Source: Pirellulaceae bacterium (GTDB taxonomy: Bacteria; Planctomycetota; Planctomycetia; Pirellulales; Pirellulaceae). Taken from it: DNA of 64,000 nt. The DNA lies in NCBI GenBank assembly GCA_035440305.1, contig DAORMC010000002.1, positions 1,295 through 65,294 on the forward strand, in the 5' to 3' direction. Numbering within the stretch: position 1 is the first letter of the stretch; every line of letters begins with the position of its first letter. Made by a program: the position numbers and the translations under genes. Shown piece by piece: positions 19,619-29,225 of this stretch. The notes below the pieces were generated by a model that was not told where the DNA came from, searched no databases, and saw only the letters and a program-made list of their open reading frames with translations.

Positions 19619-20353
19619 ATGTGCGTCCGGAAGCAGTTTCACGGCGGGCTTGCTCTGTCGTTGATCACGTTGTTGCCGGGGTGCGGTGAGCCGGCGGTCG
19701 CTCCTTCGTCGAACGACTCCGCGAGCCTGCCGCCGAGCGCTGCCCAGGAGCGCCCCGACGTCTCCGCTCCGTCGTCCGATCGCCGCGCTGCCGACTGGGC
19801 CAGACAGTTCGGCGGAACGCTCGTGCTGACTCTCGACGGACGCCCCGTCGAACTGGCTGCTGATCAGCCGCTCCCTTCGGCGGCCTTCTTCGTGCGCGAG
19901 ATCCGATTTCCGGAGGGGACCGTCGCCGTCGACGATGCGGGATTGAGCAACGTCGCGTCGCTGACCGATCTGCGAGTCCTCGAGATCCGCGGTTCTTCCG
20001 TCACCGATGCCGGCGTGGAACGACTGAGCGCGGTTCGGACGCTCGAGCGGATCAACCTCCATGCCACGCACGTGACCGATCGGTCGCTCGAAGTCCTGGC
20101 CTCTCTGCCGAACCTGAACGACCTGGATGTCGGCTGGAACCGATCGATCACCGATGTCGGCCTCCGATCGATCGTCCGCATGAAGTCGCTCCGGAATCTG
20201 AACCTCTTCGAAACGGCGATCACCGCGTCCGGGCTCGATGAGCTCGCGACCCTGTCGAACCTCGAGTGGCTCGACCTGACCGACCACCATCCTTCACCGT
20301 CGACTCTCGAAGCGATTCGCGCGGCCAATCCCGGCGTGACGATCGAACTCTGA
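19619..20353 (+). CDS. Leucine-rich-repeat lipoprotein
   Basis: Lipobox-like 'LITLLPGCGEP', then about 24-aa LRRs ('LTDLRVLEIRGSSVTDAGVERL', 'LPNLNDLDVGWNRSITDVGLRSI', 'LRNLNLFETAITASGLDEL'). Confidence 0.7.
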   Translation: MCVRKQFHGGLALSLITLLPGCGEPAVAPSSNDSASLPPSAAQERPDVSAPSSDRRAADWARQFGGTLVLTLDGRPVELAADQPLPSAAFFVREIRFPEGTVAVDDAGLSNVASLTDLRVLEIRGSSVTDAGVERLSAVRTLERINLHATHVTDRSLEVLASLPNLNDLDVGWNRSITDVGLRSIVRMKSLRNLNLFETAITASGLDELATLSNLEWLDLTDHHPSPSTLEAIRAANPGVTIEL

Positions 20354-20454
20354 GCGACATCGTCGACTCGGCGAAACGTACCGAGCCGACTCCGCCGAAT
20401 CGGTCGACGGACCGATCGTCGTGACTTCCGACCGTCCGGCCTAAGGAGATCTTC

Positions 20455-22737
20455 GTGGGTCCACGTGCTTGGAATCGTCGGCGCTTTATTCAGGCATCAG
20501 CCGGTGCGGTGGTGGCCGGCGCGGTCGTCGGGGGTGAGGCGTCGACCGACGGCGGTTCGGTTCGGTCCGAGTCGTATCCGTTTCTGACGGCCGATCGGGA
20601 CTTCGTCGGCGTCGATCCGCCCGATTGGGTTCTCGACGGAGCGGTGAAGGTCTTTCTGCCGCTCGACGACCTCGAGGCGATCTCTCGCGCCTCGGAACTC
20701 GGAGCGACGGTGCTTCATGCCGGAGGACCGGAGCTCTACCATCCGCTCCGTCGAGACGATCCGAACTCGGGCCTTACGCCGCGGGTGCGCGAGCCGCTGG
20801 CGGCCGGCATTGCGCACGCGAAGTCGCTCGGGATGCGCGTCGTGGTCGGCGTTTCGCCGTACGCACCGATCGAGATCGTGCGCGCCAATCCCGAATGGAT
20901 TCATCATCCGACCGACGATCCCGCTCATCGCGAACGCGTCTCGCTCGATCTGACTCTCCCCGAGAACATCGCCGTTCGGTCATTGCCGCTGAACACGCCG
21001 TACGGCGACTGGGCGATCGAGGCGTTGTGCGAGCTGATGGCAGATCTCGGCTTCGACGGCGTTTCGTTCGACGGCTGCTACCATCACCCGATCAACTTCA
21101 GTCCGTTCGAGCGCCAGGCGTATCGCGAAACGACCGGCCGCGAACTCCCGGAACGGATCGATCTGGCCGACGAGGCGTATCGCATCTATCTGCTCTGGGC
21201 CGACGAGCAGCTCGAAGACTGGTACCGACGCCTCGGCCGACGACTGCGCGAGACGAACCCCGAGGGGGCGATCTATACCTGGACGACGAACGCCGGGCGG
21301 TACGGGCACTTCCTGACGAGCCCGCGCGTCATGTCGGCTCGAATGAACCGTCTGATCGACTGCCCCGTGCAGGAATGGTGGCTGGATGAGGTGAATCTCG
21401 GCGCGACGGTCGTTCCGTACTTCGGCGCCGCGTACGTTCGCGCCGTCGCGGGGGGGCGAGTCGGCGCGAGCGAACCGTACCTGATGTCGCGAGGGAATCC
21501 GTACTCGACCGACAGCTTTCCGCCGCACGAACTGATCGTCCGCTGTCTGGGAGCGATGACGAACGGATCGTTCACGCCGCTGGCGCAGATGGCCGGTCCC
21601 GAAGCGACAAAGGCCGCACTCGTCGAGATCGCCGCGCGCCGCGACTGGTTCGTCCGTCTGGAAGCGGAACCGTGGTGTGCGCTGCTGGTCAGCGAAGCGA
21701 CTCGGCAGTTCTACGCCTACGGCAACGTCGTCGATCGTTGGCTGTCGCACGCGCTCGGCGTCTTCCGCGTCGGGATGGAAGAACATCTGCCGGCGACGCT
21801 GATCACCGAGCAGGATCTCGATCCCGAACGACTGGCTCGCTATCGAGTCCTGGTCCTGCCGAACGTCGCCTGTCTGAGCGATGCGCAGTGCGAGACGATT
21901 CGGCAGTATGTTCGTGCCGGCGGAGGCCTGGTCGCGACGTGCGAGACGTCGTTGTGCGACGAACTCGGACGTTCGCGAGGGGACTTCGCGCTGGCCGATC
22001 TGTTCGGCGCAAGTTACGCGGGACGAGCGACCGGCGACTCGCGGCCGCGCGAGATCGACGCGAACTTCCGGATCGCGATCGACGACCGCTACTGGGCTCA
22101 GCGGAGTCACGCCGGCGCGTTCCGCTTCTCGGACCATGCCGACTCGATCTTCGCGACCGATCCGCGGCTGAAGCATCTGGTCCCCGGACTCCAGGCGACG
22201 TTCAAGGGGCCGATGATCCGCACGACCGAGTTCGGCGGTGGCATGCGGCCGGCGCTGATGTACTTTCCCGAGGGAGTGCGCGAGGCGTTTCCTTGCGCCG
22301 CGACCGGCGAGTACGGGGCCGGGCGAGTCGTCTACTTCGGCGCGGGAATCGACGCGGCGCTCTTCGACTACGCCTTTCCCTATCAGCGCGTGATGCTGAC
22401 TCGCGCCCTGCAGTGGGTCGCCCGTGAGCCGTACGCGATCGAGGTGCGGGGCCCGATGTGCGTGCAGTCGACGTTCTGGAAGCAAGGAAACCGCATCATC
22501 GTTCACTTGTGGAACGGACTGAACACGTCGTCGGATCATGGACGCCAGGAGGTCGAAGTTCCGCTGCGCGAAGAGGCGATCGAGATCCACGGCGTCGAAC
22601 TGCGGATCCGCGGACGAGGGTTCCGGTCGGCGGTCGCCCAACCGGGAGAGGTCGTACTGCCGCTGCAGCACGACGGCGAGACGACGGTCATCACCGTTCC
22701 GCCGATCGCCGTCCACCGGGCGATCGTGCTGGAGTAG
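20455..22737 (+). CDS. Tat-signal protein, putative glycoside-hydrolase-like with a GATase1-like (beta-galactosidase trimerisation-type) C-terminal domain
   Basis: GTG 20455 is preceded by AAGGAG (20443-20448). Twin-arginine leader 'NRRRFIQASAGAVVAG'. 'FDGVSFDGCYHHP' suggests a TIM-barrel, and 'YRVLVLPNVACLSDAQCETIRQYVRAGGGLVAT' resembles the GH42 trimerisation/GATase1 fold. The functional call is tentative. Confidence 0.6.
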   Translation: MGPRAWNRRRFIQASAGAVVAGAVVGGEASTDGGSVRSESYPFLTADRDFVGVDPPDWVLDGAVKVFLPLDDLEAISRASELGATVLHAGGPELYHPLRRDDPNSGLTPRVREPLAAGIAHAKSLGMRVVVGVSPYAPIEIVRANPEWIHHPTDDPAHRERVSLDLTLPENIAVRSLPLNTPYGDWAIEALCELMADLGFDGVSFDGCYHHPINFSPFERQAYRETTGRELPERIDLADEAYRIYLLWADEQLEDWYRRLGRRLRETNPEGAIYTWTTNAGRYGHFLTSPRVMSARMNRLIDCPVQEWWLDEVNLGATVVPYFGAAYVRAVAGGRVGASEPYLMSRGNPYSTDSFPPHELIVRCLGAMTNGSFTPLAQMAGPEATKAALVEIAARRDWFVRLEAEPWCALLVSEATRQFYAYGNVVDRWLSHALGVFRVGMEEHLPATLITEQDLDPERLARYRVLVLPNVACLSDAQCETIRQYVRAGGGLVATCETSLCDELGRSRGDFALADLFGASYAGRATGDSRPREIDANFRIAIDDRYWAQRSHAGAFRFSDHADSIFATDPRLKHLVPGLQATFKGPMIRTTEFGGGMRPALMYFPEGVREAFPCAATGEYGAGRVVYFGAGIDAALFDYAFPYQRVMLTRALQWVAREPYAIEVRGPMCVQSTFWKQGNRIIVHLWNGLNTSSDHGRQEVEVPLREEAIEIHGVELRIRGRGFRSAVAQPGEVVLPLQHDGETTVITVPPIAVHRAIVLE

Positions 22738-22987
22738 GCAACCCGGCTATTACCCCTGTCTGTCGTTGCTGCGCAGAGACGATCGGAGGATCCTCGAGCT
22801 GATCGAGCGGCCGAACTCCGTCCTGGCGAGCGGGTAGCGAAAGGAACTCTCTCCACTTCATAATCGCCGACGCGATTGCCGCGGCGGCGTCGTGGATCGC
22901 TGCGGGTCGGCGATTCCCTCTCGAGCCGTCGTCCACGATCGAGCGGTCGATCCGTTCGATCCTGCAGATCGCCTCTCGGCGTTCTCG

Positions 22988-25810
22988 ATGTCACGCACCT
23001 GTTGTCCGTATAGGCTCTCGATGACGCGATCCTGTTCGACCGTCGTATCGAGTTTCCTGCTGGCGCTCGGACTGTCGGTCCTTCCTCCTTTCGTCCTGCC
23101 CGGGGCGGCTCAGACGCTGACCGAACGATTGAAGCAGGAAACGCCGGCCGAACTGGCCGAGGCCGCTCGTCGCGAAGGGGATGCGATTCGCGGGGCGGTG
23201 ATCTTCGCTCGATCGGATCAGGGATGCGCCGGCTGCCATTCGTCGGGCGGAGTCGATCAGGTCGGGCCGGACCTGAGTCGACTGCCGAGCGATCGGACCG
23301 ACGAGGGGCTGATCGAGTCGATTCTGGAGCCGTCGCGGATCCTGCGAGAGGGGTTCGCGACGACGATCGTCACGACGATCGACGGCAACTCGATCGCGAT
23401 TCGTACGGTAGCGAAGGATGACGCTCGCCTGGTCGGTCGCGAGATCGCTCCCCCTTATCGGCGTCGCGAGTTCCTGGCGGCTGAGATCGAGGCGATCGAG
23501 ACGAGCTCCGTCTCGTCGATGCCCGACTCGCTCCCGAACGCGCTGAAGAACCGCGGAGAGTTTCTCGATCTGGTCCGATACCTGATCGAACTGCGCGATC
23601 GCTCCGCCGCGAACGACGTCGCGGAACGAAGCGAGCCGCTGCGTCGCGAAATCGATCGGACGACGCTCGGCCTGAACCTGATCGATCGCCTCGGTTGTCG
23701 CTCCTGCCACACGATCGAGGCGTGGGAGCGATACGCGGTCGGAGCGATCACCGCCGATCGAGCACCGCGGCTCGAGCAGGTGGCTCATCGTGTCGATCGA
23801 TCGTGGCTCGAGTCGTTCTTGCTGGCGCCCGAGTCGACGCAACCGGGAACCGCGATGCCCGATCTTCTGAAGGGGCTGGCCGACGACGAGCGCGAGAGTG
23901 CGGTCGACGATCTGGTCAGTTTCCTGATCGCCCAGGGAGATCGCCCCTTTCGCCGCGATCCGGTCGATGCCGAAGCGGCTCATCGCGGTGAGGAGATCTT
24001 TGCGCTCGTCGGCTGTGTCGCCTGTCACGCGCCGCGCGACGCGATGGGACGAGAGCTACCGACTCCCGACTCGGTGCCCCTCGGGTCGATCGCACCGAAG
24101 TACTCGATCGAGTCGCTGACGGAGTTCCTCGAGCATCCGCATGAGGTCCGGCCTGCCGGGCGGATGCCCGACCTGCAGCTCGACCACTTCGAAGCGTCGG
24201 CGATCGCGAACTACCTGCTGCAGGAGCAGCAGCCCGCCGACCTCGCCGGCGCAGAAATCGACCGAGCGGCGGTGGCGCGAGGCGAAGCGAGGTTCCGGTC
24301 GCTCGGCTGCTCGCGCTGCCATGATCTGATCCCTGCCGAGCCGGCGCCGCCGATTCCGATCGAACGAATCGACCGAGGGTGTCTCGGCGGCGAAGGGGGA
24401 CCTTGGCCGCACTACACGTTGTCCGACGACGAGCGTGTGCTGATCGCCGAGGTGCTGACGAGCGAGGCGGACGAGCCGAGCAAAAGCCGCCGGATCGAGT
24501 TCGCGATGGCGACGCTCGGTTGCCTGGCTTGCCATGAACGGGACGGCTTGGGGGGAGTGACGTCGGCTCGAGATCACTTCTTCCAGACGTCCGACATCAA
24601 TCTGGGGCCGCAGGGACGACTCCCTCCGAGCCTGACGAACGTCGGCGACAAGCTGCGCCCCGAATGGCTCCGCCAAGTGCTCGTCGGCGGCCGTTCGATT
24701 CGTCCCTACATGGCGACTCGGATGCCGCGATTCGGCGCCGAGAATGTCGAAGGCCTGCTGACGCTGTTCGCCGAAGTCGACGATCGCCCCGCTCGCGAGC
24801 GCTCGACTCCCCAAGACGAATCCGAGACGCGCCGCGTGGGGCATGAGCTGGCGGGGAATACCGGCCTGAACTGCATCGCCTGTCATACGTTTCGTCTGGA
24901 ACCGTCCGAGACGATGTCGGCGGTCGATCTGACCGAGATGGCCGAGCGGCTGCAGCGAGATTGGTTCGAGGAGTTCCTGAAGGCCCCTCAGCGATTTCAC
25001 CCCAACACCGTGATGCCGTCGTTCTGGCCCGGCGGGCGGGCGATCCGGACCGAAATTCTCGACGGCGATACCGACCGCCAGATCGAAGCACTTTGGGTCT
25101 ATCTGGACGAAGGGCGTCAGGCGAATCCCCCTCGCGGACAGAAGCGCGAACCGCTTCGGCTGACGGCCGGCGACGTCGCGGTGATGCTGCGTCGCTCGTA
25201 CCCGGATGTGGGCAAGCGCGGAATCGGAGTCGGCTTGCCGTCGGGAATCAATTACGTTTGGGACGCCGAAGGGATGCGTCTGGCGCTGCTCTGGCATGGC
25301 GACTTTGCCGACCCGGCCGGAGTCTGGCTCGGCCAAGGGCACGGCAATGTCCGACCTCTCGGCACCGAGGTGGTGAAGTTGCCTGCCGGTCCCGAACTGC
25401 AGTACGCCCGGCGCCCGTGGCAGCCGGAACAGGGGCGTCCGAGCGAGCCGCGGTTCGACGGCTACACGCTGGATGCCGAGCGTCGACCGACCTTTCGTTG
25501 CGCCGTCGGCGAACTCGAGGTGACCGATTCGATTCGCGAGTCGATGCGCCCGGACGGTCGCGTCGGTCTGACGCGCACGCTCACCTTTTCCGGAACCCTG
25601 CCCGACGAACCGTTGACGTTTCGATTGGCGGTCGGAACGAAAATCGAGCCGGTGGACGGGGAGGGTTTCGCGATCGACGATCGCTGGCGCGTCTCGGTGG
25701 TCGAGGGGCCGGAGGTCGAACGGACGACCGACGGCGACGCGATCTCGTTGCGACTGACGGTCGATCGCGCGGCGCTCGAACGCCCCTGGATCATCGACTA
25801 CGACTGGTGA
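22988..25810 (+). CDS. Multi-heme c-type cytochrome domain protein (six CxxCH motifs)
   Basis: CAGCH, CRSCH, CVACH, CSRCH, CLACH and CIACH are spread through the protein. Signal/anchor 'VVSSFLLALGLSVLPPFVLPGAAQ'. Start at ATG 22988 or 23021. Confidence 0.8.
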   Translation: MSRTCCPYRLSMTRSCSTVVSSFLLALGLSVLPPFVLPGAAQTLTERLKQETPAELAEAARREGDAIRGAVIFARSDQGCAGCHSSGGVDQVGPDLSRLPSDRTDEGLIESILEPSRILREGFATTIVTTIDGNSIAIRTVAKDDARLVGREIAPPYRRREFLAAEIEAIETSSVSSMPDSLPNALKNRGEFLDLVRYLIELRDRSAANDVAERSEPLRREIDRTTLGLNLIDRLGCRSCHTIEAWERYAVGAITADRAPRLEQVAHRVDRSWLESFLLAPESTQPGTAMPDLLKGLADDERESAVDDLVSFLIAQGDRPFRRDPVDAEAAHRGEEIFALVGCVACHAPRDAMGRELPTPDSVPLGSIAPKYSIESLTEFLEHPHEVRPAGRMPDLQLDHFEASAIANYLLQEQQPADLAGAEIDRAAVARGEARFRSLGCSRCHDLIPAEPAPPIPIERIDRGCLGGEGGPWPHYTLSDDERVLIAEVLTSEADEPSKSRRIEFAMATLGCLACHERDGLGGVTSARDHFFQTSDINLGPQGRLPPSLTNVGDKLRPEWLRQVLVGGRSIRPYMATRMPRFGAENVEGLLTLFAEVDDRPARERSTPQDESETRRVGHELAGNTGLNCIACHTFRLEPSETMSAVDLTEMAERLQRDWFEEFLKAPQRFHPNTVMPSFWPGGRAIRTEILDGDTDRQIEALWVYLDEGRQANPPRGQKREPLRLTAGDVAVMLRRSYPDVGKRGIGVGLPSGINYVWDAEGMRLALLWHGDFADPAGVWLGQGHGNVRPLGTEVVKLPAGPELQYARRPWQPEQGRPSEPRFDGYTLDAERRPTFRCAVGELEVTDSIRESMRPDGRVGLTRTLTFSGTLPDEPLTFRLAVGTKIEPVDGEGFAIDDRWRVSVVEGPEVERTTDGDAISLRLTVDRAALERPWIIDYDW

Positions 25811-25966
25811 CCCTGCTGCCGACAAGCGGATCGAACGCGGGACCTCAGGGGCGAACCTGACGATCGGACTTCGGAGAGCGAGCGACGCATGCGACGAAAC
25901 CGGACCGATGAACGTGCATGGACGAACGTCGGGAACTTTCTCGGCCGATCGACTCGCGCCGAACGA

Positions 25967-27457
25967 ATGGCGATCGGACGAAGCGTTCTTCTCGCGCTGA
26001 TCGGGTGCGGTCTGTCGACGATCGGCGCCGGGGCGCAGCCGTTGGGGGACACGTGGGGGACGGCGGAACGGGAAGCGGAATACTACCGGATCGTCGATCT
26101 GCCGATTCCCGAGGGGATGGCGCTCGAGGCAGGGAGCCTCGAGGCGATGCCGGACGGTCGACTGGCGATCGGCACTCGGCGCGGCGACCTGCTGTTGGTC
26201 GACGGGGCCTTCGACGAGCACCCGCAACCTCGCTTCCGAACGTACGCGAGCGGGCTCGACGAACTGCTGGGCCTGGCTTGGCGCGACGAGGCGTTCTGGG
26301 TCTGCCAACAGACCGAAGTGACTCGCATCCGCGACCTCGACGGCGATGGCCAGGGGGACGAGTTTCGGACGTTGGGCGACGGCTGGGGCTTCAGCCACTA
26401 CCACGAGTTCGCGTTCGGATCGAAGCCGGATGCCGAAGGAAACATCTGGGTCGCGCTCTGCCTGAGCGAGTCGTACGAGGCCAAGGTGCCTTATCGCGGC
26501 TGGTGCGTGAAGGTGACTCCCGACGGGCGGACGTTGCCGGTCTGCAGCGGCATCCGAAGTCCCTGCGGTATCGGCCCGAACGAGCACGGCGTGATGTTCT
26601 ATGCCGAGAGCCAAGGTCCGTGGAACGGTTCCTGCTCGCTGAAGGTGCTGCAACAGGGAGGCTTCATGGGGCATCCGGCCAGTTACGCCTGGTATGACCT
26701 GACCGACGCCTTGGGACCGAAGCCGCCCGAACCGGAGAGCGGTTCGCGCATCGAGACGCAACGCGAGCGCGTCCCGCAATTGGTTCCGTACGCCGTCGTC
26801 TTTCCTTACATCCGGATGGGGCGTTCGATCTCGGGCTTTACGATCGATCGGACCGGCGGACGATTCGGACCGTTCGAGAATCAGATCTTCATCGGCGACT
26901 TCAGCTTGAGCGTCGTGATGCGAGCGACGACCGAGCAGGTCAACGGCGTCTGGCAGGGAGCCTGCTATCCGTTCCGCGAAGGACTCGCGACCGGGCTGCT
27001 CGCCTGCGAGTTCACTCCGGCGGGCGATCTGATCGTCGGCGGGACGAACCGCGGTTGGCCGGTCCGCGGTCCGAAGGCCTACGCGCTGCAGCGTCTGGAC
27101 TGGACCGGCAAGACGCCGTTCGAGATCGAACGGATCACCGCCGCCAGCGACGGCTTCGACATCGAGTTCACGCTACCGGTCGATCCCGAGACGGCGTCTC
27201 GTCCCGAAGCCTATCGCCTGGGGACGTTCACGCACGTCTATCAGCAGGGCTACGGAAGTCCGGAAGTCGATCGGACCGTGCCGAAAGTCAGCCGTGCGAC
27301 GGTGAGCGACGACGGTCGACGGGTGCATCTGACGGTCGACGGTCGGGTGAAAGGGCATGTGCACGAGTTCGACCTTTCTCCGTTGCGTTCGGCCGACGGA
27401 GAATCGCTGCTGCACGTCGACGCCTATTACACGCTGAACGAGATCCCACGCGAGTGA
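25967..27457 (+). CDS. Secreted beta-propeller-like protein (sugar-dehydrogenase-like fold suspected), partner of the upstream cytochrome
   Basis: Start at ATG 25967 (MAIGRSVLLALIGCGLSTIGAGA signal). Repeated beta-strand blocks ('RLAIGTRRGDLLLVDG', 'GNIWVALC', 'GVMFYAESQGPWNGS', 'GDLIVGGTNRGW'). The family assignment rests on context and pattern only. Confidence 0.6.
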   Translation: MAIGRSVLLALIGCGLSTIGAGAQPLGDTWGTAEREAEYYRIVDLPIPEGMALEAGSLEAMPDGRLAIGTRRGDLLLVDGAFDEHPQPRFRTYASGLDELLGLAWRDEAFWVCQQTEVTRIRDLDGDGQGDEFRTLGDGWGFSHYHEFAFGSKPDAEGNIWVALCLSESYEAKVPYRGWCVKVTPDGRTLPVCSGIRSPCGIGPNEHGVMFYAESQGPWNGSCSLKVLQQGGFMGHPASYAWYDLTDALGPKPPEPESGSRIETQRERVPQLVPYAVVFPYIRMGRSISGFTIDRTGGRFGPFENQIFIGDFSLSVVMRATTEQVNGVWQGACYPFREGLATGLLACEFTPAGDLIVGGTNRGWPVRGPKAYALQRLDWTGKTPFEIERITAASDGFDIEFTLPVDPETASRPEAYRLGTFTHVYQQGYGSPEVDRTVPKVSRATVSDDGRRVHLTVDGRVKGHVHEFDLSPLRSADGESLLHVDAYYTLNEIPRE

Positions 27458-27532
27458 ACGCCGCAGACGCCTTCGCGTCTCTCTCCTCACCCGCCAGCCC
27501 GCCGCACCCGCCAGCCCGCAGCGTCAGCAAGG

Positions 27533-27644
27533 GGTCTCCGTGCCCTCCGGTCCCCGTGCCCTCAGGTCTCCGTGCCCTCCGGTCCCCGTGCTCCCCGGTC
27601 CCCGTGCTCCCCGGTCTCCGTGCCCTCAGGTCCCCGTGCCCTCC
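27533..27644. repeat. Tandem repeat, 7 x 16 bp (GGTCYCCGTGCYCYCM)
   Basis: Units at 27533, 27549, 27565, 27581, 27597, 27613 and 27629, read directly. It is preceded by 'cagcccgcagcgtcagcaagg' (27511-27532), which is the other half of the 37-bp unit at 31170-31334. Confidence 0.9.
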
Positions 27645-27776
27645 CGTGTCTCGCCCCGACAACGCTGCGACCGGTGACCGTCGCGCATCGGCCCAATCGT
27701 TCGACTTTCTCGGAAGCGAGCGACTCGACTAAGATGGAACGGTGTATTCCCGCCCGAACCGTCCGGAGTCGAAACG

Positions 27777-29225
27777 ATGAGTCGAACGCCTCGCATCACG
27801 CGGCGCACCTTGCTGCGCGGAACCGGAGCTGCCTTGGCGCTCCCGTGGCTCGATGCGATGGCTCCTTCGCTGGCGCGAGGCGATTCGAGTGACGCCGCAG
27901 GCAAGCCGCCGGTCCGACTCGCCTTCTTCTATGTCCCCAACGGCGTGCACATGCCGGCGTGGCGTCCGCCGACCGTCGACGAGTCGCAGGTCACCGTCCA
28001 TGCCGAGGGGCGTCGCGAGCATTCTCTCGAGACGCTCCCCGAGATCCTCCAGCCGCTCGACTCGGTCAAGGATCGAGTCGTCCTGATCAGCGGCCTCGCA
28101 GCCGATCATTGCCACAGCAACACCGCGGCGCATGAGCCGGCGGGGGGCGGCTTCTTGGTCGGTGCGCCGTGCAAGCATTCCGAGGAGCCGGAAGTCGGCG
28201 GCATCTCGGTCGACCAGCTGCTGGCGCGCGAGGTGGGGATGCACACGCCGGTCGACAGTCTGGCGCTCGGCATCGATCCGGGGCACCGCGGCGATCACGG
28301 CTACAGCGGCACCTACATGTCGCACATCTCGTGGCGCAGCCGGACGACGCCCGCGTCGCTCGATCTCAATCCCAAGGTTCTCTACGAACGGCTCTTCGGT
28401 TCGCGACGCCTGCGCCGTCCCGACTGGAACCGCTCGTCGACCGATCGGCTGACTGCGAGCGATTCGATCGACGCGAGCATTCTCGATCTGGTTCGCGAGG
28501 ATGCGGCGACGCTGCAGCGTCAACTCGGCTACGAGGATCGTCGCAAGCTCGCCGAGTACCTGGAAGGGCTGCACGGCATCGAGCGGCGGATCGCGATCAC
28601 CGAGCGCGATGCCCACTCGCACCATCAGGACGCCTTCTCGGCCGATCCGACCGCCGATGCCGACGAACGAGAGATCGCGCCGCTGATCATTCCGGAAGGG
28701 AAGGGGATTCCGAGCGTCTACGGCGACCATGTCGAACTGATGCTCGACATCCTGACGCTTGCCTTCCGCACCGACACGACTCGGGTCGCGTCGTTCCTGT
28801 TCTCGTACGAGAAGTCGGGGCGATCGTATCCCGAGATCGGCGCGCCGGGATCGCATCACAGCACGTCGCACCATCAGGACAAGGCCGAGAACCACGCCGA
28901 ACTGACGAAGATCAATCGGCATCATATGGAGCTGTTCGCTCGCATGCTCGAGCGGATGGCGGCGATTCCCGAAGGAGACGGCTCGCTGCTCGACAACGTC
29001 CTGATTCTCTACGGCTCGGGGATCAGCGACGGCAATCGCCACAACCATGACGATCTGCCGATTCTGGTTGCCGGCGGAGCGGGAAAGAGCCTGCGAGGAG
29101 GGCGGCATCTGGCGCTCGAATCCAAGACGCCGATCTGCAATCTCTATCTCGAGATGCTGCATCGCGCCGGCCTGCCGATCGAACGATTCGGCGACAGCAC
29201 CGATCTGCTCGGCGGATTGAGCTGA
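27777..29225 (+). CDS. DUF1552 domain-containing protein (Tat-signal)
   Basis: Characteristic N-terminus 'RITRRTLLRGTGAALALPWLDAM'. Size and position next to a DUF1592-family gene match the known planctomycete gene pair. Confidence 0.8.
   Translation: MSRTPRITRRTLLRGTGAALALPWLDAMAPSLARGDSSDAAGKPPVRLAFFYVPNGVHMPAWRPPTVDESQVTVHAEGRREHSLETLPEILQPLDSVKDRVVLISGLAADHCHSNTAAHEPAGGGFLVGAPCKHSEEPEVGGISVDQLLAREVGMHTPVDSLALGIDPGHRGDHGYSGTYMSHISWRSRTTPASLDLNPKVLYERLFGSRRLRRPDWNRSSTDRLTASDSIDASILDLVREDAATLQRQLGYEDRRKLAEYLEGLHGIERRIAITERDAHSHHQDAFSADPTADADEREIAPLIIPEGKGIPSVYGDHVELMLDILTLAFRTDTTRVASFLFSYEKSGRSYPEIGAPGSHHSTSHHQDKAENHAELTKINRHHMELFARMLERMAAIPEGDGSLLDNVLILYGSGISDGNRHNHDDLPILVAGGAGKSLRGGRHLALESKTPICNLYLEMLHRAGLPIERFGDSTDLLGGLS

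Noticed and set aside
24056-26779. 907-aa minus-strand ORF
   Set aside because: It is antisense to the six-CxxCH cytochrome and the beta-propeller genes. It has no motifs and an Arg/Pro-rich composition.
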